DNA of 64,000 bases, taken from positions 4,224,001-4,288,000 of the forward strand of contig OY762069.1 in the NCBI GenBank assembly GCA_963665095.1, in the 5' to 3' direction. The notes beneath the pieces were generated by a model. The model was not told where the DNA came from and searched no databases. It saw only the letters and a program-made list of their open reading frames with translations. The position numbers were made by a program, and so were the translations under genes. Every line of letters starts with the position of its first letter. Position 1 is the first letter of the stretch. This document shows positions 49,474 through 59,290 of the stretch, piece after piece. This DNA is from an uncultured Desulfobacter sp. (GTDB taxonomy: Bacteria > Desulfobacterota > Desulfobacteria > Desulfobacterales > Desulfobacteraceae).

Positions 49474-50511
49474 ATGGAAGAGATGATAGATATACTTGGT
49501 CTGCCTCTGGACCGCCTGGAACAGGTTATGCGGAAAAGGTACGGCAAAGGACCTTTCCATGCCCATGCCCTGTACCGGGAAGTGTTTAAAAAAGGCGGGG
49601 CAGATATTGGGACCGCCCCGGAATTCAAAGCGTCCCCCAAGCTGTGGACCGCACTGAAAAAAGAGATAGTTCTGGCTCCGGGCCAGGTGGAAAAATCTAT
49701 TGAAGACGAGGAGCTGGTCAAATTCATTACCCGGCTGGCCGACGGACTGACCATTGAATCCGTGGTGATCCCCATGACCCGGCATAACACCTTGTGCATA
49801 TCCAGCCAGGTGGGGTGCAAAATGGGGTGCAAATTCTGCCAGACCGCCCGCATGGGGTTCAAACGCAGCCTGTCTGCCGCAGAAATTGTGGGCCAGGTGT
49901 TCAATGCCCGGTTCTGCCTGGGTCATGACATAAAAAATGTTGTTTTTATGGGCATGGGGGAACCCTTTGACAATTTTGACGAGGTAATGACGGCCGTCAG
50001 GGTACTCAACAGCCAGAAGGGATGCGACATTGCACTGCGTCACATGACCATCTCCACCTGCGGTGTGTCACCGGGAATTGAGCGTCTGGCCGGGATGCAT
50101 CTGCACAATATCCGCCTGGCAGTTTCCATCAATGCCCCTGATGATCTAACCCGCTCCACCCTGATGCCTGTAAACCGGCGCTGGCCCCTGGCTGAATTAA
50201 AAAAGAGCCTTTCCGCATATCCATTGCCCCCGAGGGGCGTCTTCCTATTTGAATACATTCTCATAAAAGGGGTTAATGACTCAAAGGCCCATGCCGAAAA
50301 GCTGGCCCGGTTCATCCATCCCTTGCCCGTGCGCCTGAACCTTATTCCCTACAACCCAGTGACAGGCTTTGACCACCAGAGTCCCAGTGATGAGCAGATG
50401 CATGAGTTTGCACAGATTCTTACCGATAAAGGGGTGTTTGTAATCAAGAGATGGAGCAAGGGCCGGTCCGTCAGCGCAGGATGTGGCCAGCTTGGTACCC
50501 CACCGGGGTAA
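49474..50511 (+). CDS. rlmN: RlmN-family radical SAM RNA methyltransferase
   Basis: IESV, CISSQVGCKMGCKFC, FMGMGEP, NLIPYN, GCGQL; may be a paralog. Confidence 0.85.
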   Translation: MEEMIDILGLPLDRLEQVMRKRYGKGPFHAHALYREVFKKGGADIGTAPEFKASPKLWTALKKEIVLAPGQVEKSIEDEELVKFITRLADGLTIESVVIPMTRHNTLCISSQVGCKMGCKFCQTARMGFKRSLSAAEIVGQVFNARFCLGHDIKNVVFMGMGEPFDNFDEVMTAVRVLNSQKGCDIALRHMTISTCGVSPGIERLAGMHLHNIRLAVSINAPDDLTRSTLMPVNRRWPLAELKKSLSAYPLPPRGVFLFEYILIKGVNDSKAHAEKLARFIHPLPVRLNLIPYNPVTGFDHQSPSDEQMHEFAQILTDKGVFVIKRWSKGRSVSAGCGQLGTPPG

Positions 50512-50626
50512 TCAAATTATTGCGATTATGTAACTTAGTCGCCCATAGCCAGCCTGTTGACAAGCTACGGATTTTATGAGATAAGTTGCTCTTCCACACC
50601 CCACAAAAGGAGTAAAAGTTAGGGAG

Positions 50627-51661
50627 ATGAATTATACCGAATCCAGCCCCCAGGCTGGAGAATTTTTAAGATTGACCTTAGGCTTTCTGGCCAAGTACAA
50701 CCTTGCAGCAACCCCTGTGAATTATACCGTATGGTATGAGTACGCATCCGGAAAAAATCAAAAATTAAAGCAGGCTATTGAAAGAATCATTGAAAACAAC
50801 CTGCCCCTGAATAACAAACGGGTAGAGGCCCTTTACCAGAAATTCATTTCTGACGGAGACAGGGTGGTTATCTCACGGCTTTTGACCAAGCTGAATCTGA
50901 TGCTGCGTGAGATCAGCACCCATGTGATAGAAACTGAAGGAGACCTGTCTACCCATGGACAGGCCCTTGACAGTCTGGCCGTTCAAATGAAAGATGTCCA
51001 TGACTATGACGGCGTAAAAGGCATCATCGACCAGCTGCTGGATACTACTAAAGCCATTATCAAGTCCGGTTCCCGGCTTCAGACCCGGATGAAAGTGTCA
51101 TCTGAGGACCTTAAGCAGCTCCACAGGGAACTTGAAATATCCCAACAGGAAGCACGGACAGATGCCCTGACCGGCCTTACCAATCGCAGGGGACTTGAAA
51201 AAAGGCTCGAACTGGAGCGCATCAGGGCCCGGCAGAACAACGCATTTTTCAGCGTCATCATGATTGATATTGACCACTTTAAAACTGTAAACGATACATT
51301 CGGCCATCTTGTGGGCGACAGCCTGCTAAAAGGCTTCGCCGCTGTGCTTACCAGCCAGGTGCGGCGAAAGGATCTTGCCACAAGATACGGGGGGGAAGAA
51401 TTTCTGATCATCCTGCCTGAAACGGATGTTGAGGGGGCCTATGCTGTGGCGGAAAAAATCAGGTCTACGCTGAGCACAAAAGAGTGGACCATTAAGGAAA
51501 CCGGCAAACGCATCGGTCAGATTAAGGCATCCATGGGGATTTCCCAATATAGTCTGACGGAAACCGGCAATCAGGTCATTAACCGGGCGGATGAAGCCCT
51601 GTACCATGCCAAATCCACAGGGCGGGACCGGATTGTTATCCATTCGGAGTTAAGAGAATAA
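50627..51661 (+). CDS. Diguanylate cyclase (GGDEF domain)
   Basis: DALTGL.NRR, DIDHFKTVNDTFGH, RxxD I-site (RRKD) and GGEEF. Confidence 0.95.
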   Translation: MNYTESSPQAGEFLRLTLGFLAKYNLAATPVNYTVWYEYASGKNQKLKQAIERIIENNLPLNNKRVEALYQKFISDGDRVVISRLLTKLNLMLREISTHVIETEGDLSTHGQALDSLAVQMKDVHDYDGVKGIIDQLLDTTKAIIKSGSRLQTRMKVSSEDLKQLHRELEISQQEARTDALTGLTNRRGLEKRLELERIRARQNNAFFSVIMIDIDHFKTVNDTFGHLVGDSLLKGFAAVLTSQVRRKDLATRYGGEEFLIILPETDVEGAYAVAEKIRSTLSTKEWTIKETGKRIGQIKASMGISQYSLTETGNQVINRADEALYHAKSTGRDRIVIHSELRE

Positions 51662-51692
51662 TGCCTTAAAATTATCCGACAACAACCCATTG

Positions 51693-51729
51693 AAGAGGAG
51701 TTAGCCAAAGGTTAACTCCTCTTTTTTTT
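51693..51729 (+). terminator. Rho-independent terminator
   Basis: AAGAGGAGTTAGCC-aaa-GGTTAACTCCTCTT followed by a T tract. Confidence 0.85.
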
Positions 51730-51807
51730 GGCTCAGGGTATGGACCGGCCAGGAACAACAGCACCACTGAAAAACGCCTTGACATCTAAAAACAACCATG
51801 CCTAATA

Positions 51808-51822
51808 GAGAACAGTGTTCTC
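51808..51822. promoter_or_regulatory. Palindromic operator, probably for the TetR at 55056
   Basis: GAGAACAGTGTTCTC just downstream of TTGACA at 51779. Confidence 0.65.
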
Positions 51823-51863
51823 ATTGTTTTTACAGAAAAAACATTAAATTTTTAGGAGGAATT

Positions 51864-53369
51864 ATGGAAATCAATCTTGGGGTTCTGTTTTCCAACCGGG
51901 CATTTTTAAGTCCTGATCTTGAAGCGTGTGTGGGGCCGGGATACCGTTACACCTACAGGGAGATGAATCAGCGGATTAACCAGTTTGCATCGTTTTTGTC
52001 CCGGGCAGGATTTAAAAAAGGGGACCGCATCGCCATTCTGGCCAAAAATGGAGAACAGGTGGTGACCACCCTGTTTGGGGCTGCCAAGATTGGGGTGATA
52101 ACTGCCGTGCTTAACTTCCGGCTGGCGCCGGCAGAGCTTTCCTATATCCTCAATGACTGCGGGGCAAAGCTTCTGGTCTATGGCCAGGATTTTTCAGCTG
52201 TGGCAGATGCACTGAAATCGGGAACCGTTCTTAAACATTTTGTGTGCATCGGCACTGAATCCGTTGATCCCTGCTTTGATGCACTTCTCAGTGACCAGGA
52301 CGTCAGCGAACCCGCTCCTGCGGGTTTCGCCGAGGATCCGGCAGTTCTCATGTACACCTCCGGGACCACCGGCCATCCCAAGGGCGTGGTGATCACCCAT
52401 GAAAACTGCTTCCGGGCCGCAGTGGGCCTTGTTCACTCCCTGGACTGGGCTTATAAATACCGGTATCTGGCAGTGGCCCCGCTGTTTCACATTGGGGGAC
52501 TCGCTCCGGTGTTTGCCAACGTCCATGTGGGTTGCACCATGGTATTTATGCCGGACTTCGACCCGGCCGCAGCCTGGGATGTCATTGAAAAGGAAAAAAT
52601 CAATTTTGCCATGACCGTTCCGGTGATGCTCCAGTTCATGGCCATGATTCCCGGCACTGAGAACCGGGACCTCTCCGTGCTGAAACACTTTATCTGCGGC
52701 GGCGCGCCCGTGCCGGCCTCCCTGATCCTGGCCTATGCGGAAAAATCCATTGATGTATACCAGGTATACGGCGCCACCGAATACACCGGGGCCATCACCT
52801 TCTGGACCCGGGATATGGGCATGGACTATGTCAGCACCATGGGCAAGGCCGTATTCCATGGTAACATCCGCATCATAGACCCTATATCAGACCAGGAATG
52901 CCCTGCCGGCGAGGTAGGGGAAATCTGGCTGGCCGGCCCCCAGGTCTTCAAGGAGTACTGGAATAATCACAATGCCACCCAGGAGGCTCTTGCCGGGGAA
53001 TGGTACCGTACAGGGGACCTTGGCAGCATGGATGAGTCAGGGTTCCTCACTGTCGTGGACCGGCTAAAGGATATGATCATCAGCGGTGGGGAAAACATCT
53101 ATCCGGCTGAGATCGAAGCCGTCCTTATTCAGCATCCCGGCGTGGCCGATGCCGCAGTGGTGGGAAAACCTGATCCCAAATGGGGAGAAGTTCCCGTGGC
53201 ATTTATTGCAAAAGCCCAAGGCCAGGATCCGGACTCTGCCGGGATCATTGAATTCTGCCGGGGGCACCTGGCAGGTTTCAAGTGCGTCAAGGAGGTACAC
53301 ATCGTTGATGCCATTCCCAGAAATACTTTAGGCAAAGTATTAAAAAGATCCCTCAAGGAACAGATTTAA
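51864..53369 (+). CDS. Acyl-CoA synthetase (long-chain fatty acid--CoA ligase family)
   Basis: YTSGTTGHPKG, YGATE, YRTGDLG, DRLKDMIISGGENIYPAEIE, PRNTLGK; AGGAGG RBS. Confidence 0.93.
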   Translation: MEINLGVLFSNRAFLSPDLEACVGPGYRYTYREMNQRINQFASFLSRAGFKKGDRIAILAKNGEQVVTTLFGAAKIGVITAVLNFRLAPAELSYILNDCGAKLLVYGQDFSAVADALKSGTVLKHFVCIGTESVDPCFDALLSDQDVSEPAPAGFAEDPAVLMYTSGTTGHPKGVVITHENCFRAAVGLVHSLDWAYKYRYLAVAPLFHIGGLAPVFANVHVGCTMVFMPDFDPAAAWDVIEKEKINFAMTVPVMLQFMAMIPGTENRDLSVLKHFICGGAPVPASLILAYAEKSIDVYQVYGATEYTGAITFWTRDMGMDYVSTMGKAVFHGNIRIIDPISDQECPAGEVGEIWLAGPQVFKEYWNNHNATQEALAGEWYRTGDLGSMDESGFLTVVDRLKDMIISGGENIYPAEIEAVLIQHPGVADAAVVGKPDPKWGEVPVAFIAKAQGQDPDSAGIIEFCRGHLAGFKCVKEVHIVDAIPRNTLGKVLKRSLKEQI

Positions 53370-53381
53370 AGGAGAAAAAAA

Positions 53382-54977
53382 TTGTCATTACCTGATCCCA
53401 ATAACGCATACTCATTTGATGATTTTCTAACATGGCGCAGCCAGGCTGATTTTTATGATTCTGATCCCTTTTTCCAGCAGGTAATCCGCCATTATGCCCC
53501 GGACCAGTGGGAAGCGCTGGACCTGGCCGCCAAAGAGATCTCTGCCAAAGTCTCCTTTGAGTGGAAAAAATGGTCTGAAGAGGCGGCTGTGCCTGAAAAA
53601 AGACCCTATATCACGCACTATGACGGCCACAATCACCGGATTGACCGCATTGTACGGCCCATGGAGACCCTGGCCCTGGAAAAGGCGGTTTTTGGCGAAA
53701 AACTATTTTCAGCAAACACTCCGGCATTTGAAAAATTAGTCAAGCTCTACCTGATCTACCAGCTGGGAGAGGCCTGTATCTCGTGCCCTATGACCTGCAC
53801 TGAAGGTATGGTGGCGCTTCTGGACTATTATGCCGACACCGATGAGCTGAAGGCCATTCTTGCCCATTGCAAGGAGGGCATTGACGGAGATATCGCCGTG
53901 GGCGCCCAGTACCTGTCTGAAATTCAGGGGGGCTCGGATGTGCCGGCCAACCTGGTGGAGGCTGTGGAGACTGACGGGGTATGGCGGCTCTACGGGGATA
54001 AGTTCTTCTGTTCCGCCACCCATGCCGACTATTCTGTGGTCACGGCCAAGCCTAAGGGTTCAGAAAAGGTAGCCGTATTCATCGTTCCCTCCTGGATGCC
54101 GGGAAACAAGGAAAAGGAGATCCGGAACGGCTGCACCATCAACCGGATCAAATGGAAGATGGGCACCTCCGAGCTTACCACGGCAGAGATTTCCTATGAC
54201 GGTGCCATTGCCTATCCTGTAGGGCCCCTGGAAAAGGGTCTTGCCAATGTAGTGGGTATCGTTCTGACCTATTCCCGGCTCACCGTGGGCATCTCGTCAG
54301 CTGCCTTCATGGCCCGGGCCTGCCGGGAAGCCACGGCCTACAGCAGAAAACGCACCGCGTTCGGACTTGCCATCGGCGACTTTCCCCTGGTCAAGGAACA
54401 GATCGACCAGATGACCCGGTTTTCACGCCGGACCATTGCCGCCACCTTCAAGCTCTACCGGGATTTCCTGGAACTGGACGGCGGGCTGAAAAAAGGGCTG
54501 AACGCGGACGAGCCCCTTGAAATGAAGATGAAAAGGTTCAACATCAGGGAACTGGTCATGCTCCAGAAAATCACCTCTGCCTGGGACTGCACCGACATTG
54601 TGCGCATGGGCATGTCCATATTCGGCGGCCACGGCGTCATGGAAGATTTCTCAGCACTTCCCCGCCTGTTCCGGGATGCCGCTATCAATGAGCTGTGGGA
54701 GGGCCCCAGAAACGTGTTGCTCACCCAGATGCACCGGGATTTCCAGCGGGCAGCATCCTGGTATCCCCCTGCCCGGGTGGTGGGCTCTTTACTTGCAGAC
54801 GCGGCACCATCCGTACGTGAACCCCTTGAAAAAGAGGCTGAGGAACTCGTGGCCCACCCCAACCTGTTCGGGCCGGATGACTTGACCCGGGAGGTGTGCC
54901 GCCGGTGGGACAGGTTCTGCCATGATCTCACCCATGCGTACCAGGACCAGGCCATGGCAGAGATTGAAGACACATAG
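53382..54977 (+). CDS. Acyl-CoA dehydrogenase, AidB-like
   Basis: CPMTCT, QYLSEIQGGSDV, GDKFFCS, IFGGHGVMED, INELWEGPRNV. Confidence 0.88.
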   Translation: MSLPDPNNAYSFDDFLTWRSQADFYDSDPFFQQVIRHYAPDQWEALDLAAKEISAKVSFEWKKWSEEAAVPEKRPYITHYDGHNHRIDRIVRPMETLALEKAVFGEKLFSANTPAFEKLVKLYLIYQLGEACISCPMTCTEGMVALLDYYADTDELKAILAHCKEGIDGDIAVGAQYLSEIQGGSDVPANLVEAVETDGVWRLYGDKFFCSATHADYSVVTAKPKGSEKVAVFIVPSWMPGNKEKEIRNGCTINRIKWKMGTSELTTAEISYDGAIAYPVGPLEKGLANVVGIVLTYSRLTVGISSAAFMARACREATAYSRKRTAFGLAIGDFPLVKEQIDQMTRFSRRTIAATFKLYRDFLELDGGLKKGLNADEPLEMKMKRFNIRELVMLQKITSAWDCTDIVRMGMSIFGGHGVMEDFSALPRLFRDAAINELWEGPRNVLLTQMHRDFQRAASWYPPARVVGSLLADAAPSVREPLEKEAEELVAHPNLFGPDDLTREVCRRWDRFCHDLTHAYQDQAMAEIEDT

Positions 54978-55055
54978 GCAGGGAAATCAGGGCTTGAGAG
55001 GATGGAATAATTTTTGTTAAGATAACAGACTCAATAAAAAGCCATTGGATGCCCC

Positions 55056-55673
55056 ATGCCCACAAAAAAAACACCATTAGCCAGGCTCAGAGAAAAAGAA
55101 CGTAAAGCCCGGCAGAACCTGATTGTAAATGCTGCAGAACGGCTTTTTTCAGTCAAGCCCTTCCCTAAAGTCAGTATGAGGGATATTGCCGATGAAGCCG
55201 GCATATCCCTGTCTTCCATCTATCGATACTTCCCGGACCAGGAGTCCCTGTTTCTTGAGGCCCTGGTCCGGGGCGCCAATAAAATCAACCGGCAGCTGGA
55301 TCTGCTGATCCGGGAGGAGGGCACGGATGTGGAACAGGTGGCCCATGCCTTTATCAATTTTCTTTTGGAAAACGATCCCTATTTCCGGATGATGACCCAC
55401 TTCATGCTGGACGGGGTTTTGAACCCCTCTTCCGTGACGCGTCTGAACCAGATTGAACGGGCACTTCTGGACCAGTTCAACTCTTTTTTCAACCGGATCA
55501 ATCCTGAAAAAAACAACCGCATCACCGCCCATGCCTTTTTTGCCGCCCTGAACGGCATCCTGATCACTTACCGGAACTACCCGGGCCGGGAGATCACAGA
55601 CATCCACAAACACATGAAACAGCTGGCCTCGGTCATGGCCGCCATGTTTGCTCAAACTGTCTCCCAGGACTGA
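55056..55673 (+). CDS. TetR-family regulator
   Basis: SMRDIADEAGISLSSIYRYF. Confidence 0.92.
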   Translation: MPTKKTPLARLREKERKARQNLIVNAAERLFSVKPFPKVSMRDIADEAGISLSSIYRYFPDQESLFLEALVRGANKINRQLDLLIREEGTDVEQVAHAFINFLLENDPYFRMMTHFMLDGVLNPSSVTRLNQIERALLDQFNSFFNRINPEKNNRITAHAFFAALNGILITYRNYPGREITDIHKHMKQLASVMAAMFAQTVSQD

Positions 55674-55676
55674 TCT

Positions 55677-57545
55677 TTAATGGATGGGTTTTGTCAGGTC
55701 TATGCTGATGGCATAGGCCCCACCCTCCAGCTTGGCGGTCAGCGGGTACTCACCCTTTTCAAACACCTTGAGCATGGCCCGGTTGGAAGACAGAACATCC
55801 GCCGTCATCTTCACGGCCCCGCGCTCCTTGGCCAGACGGGTGAGCATCTTGAACAGGAAGGAGGCAATGCCGAATCCCTGGTACTCCTCGTCCACAACAA
55901 AGGCAATGTCCATATACGGTTTGTCCGGATACTTGGCAATTCTTGCCTCGGCAATGATGGTCTGGTTGCCCGGCTCGCCCACAAGGCCCACCACAGACAA
56001 TACCTCCCGGTAGTCCACATTGACATAAGCCTGCATCTTGGCATGGGGCATGGATTTAATGGGTGAAAAATACCGGTAGTAGATGGCTTTATCGCTGAAC
56101 CTGTAAAAAAGCCGGCGCATCTGCTCTTCATCCGAGGGTTTAATGGCCCTGAACCGGACCTGGAGATTCTCCTTAAAGGTCTGGATGGTTTCAATCTCTT
56201 TGGGATAAAAATGGGCAGAATCGGCAATGAACATCTGATCCTGGTAGAGCAGATTTTCCATCTTTCCACCGTCCACCAGGCCTGGCCGGTCTTCGGGATG
56301 GGCGATTTCAATCAGGGCCTGGGCCCGTTCCCTTAACGTTCTGCCTTTGATGTGCGCCACCCCGTATTCCGTAACCACCAGGTCAATGGACTCGGGCAGG
56401 CTGAGCAGGTCCGGGGTATCGTCGAGAAAGAGCCGGATGTTGGCCACACCGTCCCGGTTCCGGCTGGGCAGGGCCACAATGGTATATCCGCCCCGGGACA
56501 GCTCCGCCCCGTTCAGAATGTCTGCAATCTGACCAGGGCCTGCAGAGATATTGGCTGAACTGGAATGCAGGGCCACCCGGCCGGAAAGATCCACCCGCCG
56601 CACTGGAAGGATCATGACAAACTTGTTGTTGCGCCCGATCTGCAACGGATTAAATACCTTGTCAATTCCCTGGAACTCCACCATGGGATTTTTATTAAGC
56701 CACTCCATGAGCTTTTTGGAACCCAGGGCGTAGGTGGTCAGGGACCGGCCCCTGAACATGCCCTTTTCACGGTTGGTCACAGCACCGCTTTCCGCCAGTT
56801 CCATCATGGCATCGGTGAAAAACGGGGTGTGAATGCCCAGGTCTTTCTTCTTTGCCAGGTACCGGGGCAATGCTTCGTAAATGGGGCCATAGGTAAAGGC
56901 AACACAGGAACCGTCCGCAATAACGGATGCCGCATTTTCAGCAATCTTTTCAAACACCGGCGCCACAGGATACCTGGGGAAATAAAAGGGCGGCACCTGG
57001 GCCTCCACCAGCATGTCGAATTCGTCGATATGCACAAAGGTATCCCCAAGGGTAAAAGGAATGTGTTCATTAATCTCCGCCACCACAAGTTTGGCATGCT
57101 TCATGGCCTGCCGGGACACATCCACGCCAAGTCCAAGGCTGCAGTACCCGCTGTCATTGGGCGGGGTGATCTGGATAAAGGCCACGTCAATGGGGATCAG
57201 ACCGTCCCTCATGAGCCATGGCACGGTGGAGAACCGGGCAGGAATCAGGTCCACCCGGCCGGCAGTAATGGCCTTGGCAGAGACCCACCCGGAAAAAAAG
57301 GTTTTCAGCCGGTATCGATGGGACTCAAGCGCCTTGTAAGAGACAGCATCCCCGAAACTGAGCAGCTGAATCAGGGTGAGGTCTTCCAGGCTGTAGCCTT
57401 CAGCGCTCATGAGCGCGTTCACAAGGGTTCTTGGCTCCGCTGTACCCGTGGCAATGAAAATATTCATGCCCGGATCAATTTTGCTTAATACTTTGTCAGT
57501 GGTGACGCAGCAGCTTTTCCATGACGGAATCTTTTTTTTAAACAT
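55677..57545 (-). CDS. Acetyl-CoA hydrolase/transferase-like domain fused to a C-terminal GNAT acetyltransferase
   Basis: DVAFIQITPP..SGYCSLG, VVTEYGVA...RERAQALIEIAHP; GNAT FRAIKPSDE, YYRYFS, AFVVDEEYQGFGIA. Confidence 0.9.
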   Translation of the reverse strand: MFKKKIPSWKSCCVTTDKVLSKIDPGMNIFIATGTAEPRTLVNALMSAEGYSLEDLTLIQLLSFGDAVSYKALESHRYRLKTFFSGWVSAKAITAGRVDLIPARFSTVPWLMRDGLIPIDVAFIQITPPNDSGYCSLGLGVDVSRQAMKHAKLVVAEINEHIPFTLGDTFVHIDEFDMLVEAQVPPFYFPRYPVAPVFEKIAENAASVIADGSCVAFTYGPIYEALPRYLAKKKDLGIHTPFFTDAMMELAESGAVTNREKGMFRGRSLTTYALGSKKLMEWLNKNPMVEFQGIDKVFNPLQIGRNNKFVMILPVRRVDLSGRVALHSSSANISAGPGQIADILNGAELSRGGYTIVALPSRNRDGVANIRLFLDDTPDLLSLPESIDLVVTEYGVAHIKGRTLRERAQALIEIAHPEDRPGLVDGGKMENLLYQDQMFIADSAHFYPKEIETIQTFKENLQVRFRAIKPSDEEQMRRLFYRFSDKAIYYRYFSPIKSMPHAKMQAYVNVDYREVLSVVGLVGEPGNQTIIAEARIAKYPDKPYMDIAFVVDEEYQGFGIASFLFKMLTRLAKERGAVKMTADVLSSNRAMLKVFEKGEYPLTAKLEGGAYAISIDLTKPIH

Positions 57546-57553
57546 AATTATAT

Positions 57554-59290
57554 CTATCTTTTTAGTTTTTTAATGTTATCCCTGGCAAATTCAATGGTCG
57601 GGTCTATCTCCAGTGCCATTTCGTAAAATTTGATAGCCAGAGCGGTGTCCCCAAGTTCCCTGTGGCAGGAGCCCATATTGGCATAGTTGATGGCAAGGCT
57701 GGGGTCCACATCCAGGGCCTTCTCAAAATATTCAATGGCGGTTTTAAACTCTTTTTTCATAAAACAGCATGCCCCGGCAGTGTTTAGAATGTCCGGGCGC
57801 TGGGGGTCTGCATCAAGCCCCGTCCGGCAGGTCTTAATGGCGGTGTCATACTGCCCCAGATCTTTCTGGGCCGCAGCCATGTGGGAACAGATATCCGGCA
57901 GGTTGCGCCGGGCAGGCCCCCGGTCCAGGGCGGCCTGGAACTGCTCTACGGCCTCTTCGCCATCAGACAGAGCGGAAAGCATCAGCCCTTTGTAAAAGCT
58001 GGTGTAATATTTTCCCGGGCTTACACTTTCCAGTTCTTCCAGCTGGTCAAGGGCCATAATGGGGTGGGAATTTTCCGTGATCAGCCTGGCAGAAAACATG
58101 CCTACGCTGGCCTCATCTGCCCGCTCCCTGAAATGTGCGCCGGGCATGATGGTATAAAAGGCCGGGATATCAAGGCCGGGGTGGGTGGTACGGATGGTCA
58201 GCAGATGAAATCCGCGGTCGGAAAGGATTCGAATCAGGTTCTCCACCTCCACCCGGATATTGCCGGCCGAAAGGTCTGGCAGATCTGAAGCATTGACCAT
58301 GGCCTCCGGATGGATGATATAGTCGGCAGCCTGAATATCTGTAAACTTGGGGAGCCCGGATGCCACATAGTTCGTGCCCGAATTAAAATCCCCTGCCAGC
58401 TGCGCCACCTCGGTCAGGGCGCGTCCCATGGCCTTTTCCGGATTGGGTGCGGTGCCGGCAGTCCAGACAATCTCACTCATGGCAGGAAAGGTGGAAGGAT
58501 CCCAGGCCAGGACGGCAATGGTGGGAATACCCGTGTCAAGGGAAAGGTCGCTGGCATAGACCTTGATTCCCTGGCTCTCGTATTTGGAAAGCAGCTCCCT
58601 GACCAGAGGATCCTGAAAAGAGTCCAGACAGATACCCGGGACTTTCAGCTTGTTCCGGGAAACCAGCGAGCAGACATGACGTTCCACAAGTTCACAGATC
58701 CCCTGGGTCAATGCCTCTTCCGTACAGTTTCCGGCACTGGGTCCGTTAAACTCGTTGATCATGTAAAACCAGTTAAACGGAACATTCACCTCTTTTTTCT
58801 CAGTCAGGTCATAGCCTTTGGTCCACTGCAGGGGCAGACGGTCGAAAACAGGCTTTACCTTTAAGGCATCTGCCTCATCATCATGAACCGACCTGGTAAT
58901 CAGGGCGTAGTCCAGGGCGTCCTCCCCAAGCTCTTTGGGGGTGGCATAAAAAAAATTTTTGTCATCGGCCGCAAAGGAAAAAAAGCTGAACCGCTCCACC
59001 AGCTCCATCACCGCACTGGCTTCAGACTGTTCCGGGGTACCGCCTTTCCCCATCTGCTTGGTGGTACCGGTCACCTTCCTGGCGTCCGCACCGCATTCGC
59101 TGTAAAAAACCGGGATATCCAGACGCCCGTTGTCAATGCGCCGGGTCCGGCTTAAAATATCCAGCTCCAGGGCATCTGCCTTTTCCCTGAAGCGCCTGAC
59201 AGTTTCCGCCGGCGGTATGATTTTGTCCTGGTCAAAGGTGTAATTTTTCGGGGCGTCTTCAAATTTTATTTCATAACCCATGGGGTCCAA
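57554..59290 (-). CDS. YcaO-family protein with C-terminal TPR repeats
   Basis: GKG.T.EQSEASAVMELVERFS, NGPSAGNCTEEA..QGICELVERH, RALTEVAQ; TPR-like helices such as AIEYFEKALDVDP. Confidence 0.9.
   Translation of the reverse strand: MDPMGYEIKFEDAPKNYTFDQDKIIPPAETVRRFREKADALELDILSRTRRIDNGRLDIPVFYSECGADARKVTGTTKQMGKGGTPEQSEASAVMELVERFSFFSFAADDKNFFYATPKELGEDALDYALITRSVHDDEADALKVKPVFDRLPLQWTKGYDLTEKKEVNVPFNWFYMINEFNGPSAGNCTEEALTQGICELVERHVCSLVSRNKLKVPGICLDSFQDPLVRELLSKYESQGIKVYASDLSLDTGIPTIAVLAWDPSTFPAMSEIVWTAGTAPNPEKAMGRALTEVAQLAGDFNSGTNYVASGLPKFTDIQAADYIIHPEAMVNASDLPDLSAGNIRVEVENLIRILSDRGFHLLTIRTTHPGLDIPAFYTIMPGAHFRERADEASVGMFSARLITENSHPIMALDQLEELESVSPGKYYTSFYKGLMLSALSDGEEAVEQFQAALDRGPARRNLPDICSHMAAAQKDLGQYDTAIKTCRTGLDADPQRPDILNTAGACCFMKKEFKTAIEYFEKALDVDPSLAINYANMGSCHRELGDTALAIKFYEMALEIDPTIEFARDNIKKLKR

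Noticed and set aside
49171..50043. 290 aa minus-strand ORF
   Set aside because: Antisense to the rlmN-like gene and runs through the palindrome; no motifs.
56565..57488. 307 aa plus-strand ORF
   Set aside because: Antisense to the CoA-transferase-GNAT gene.
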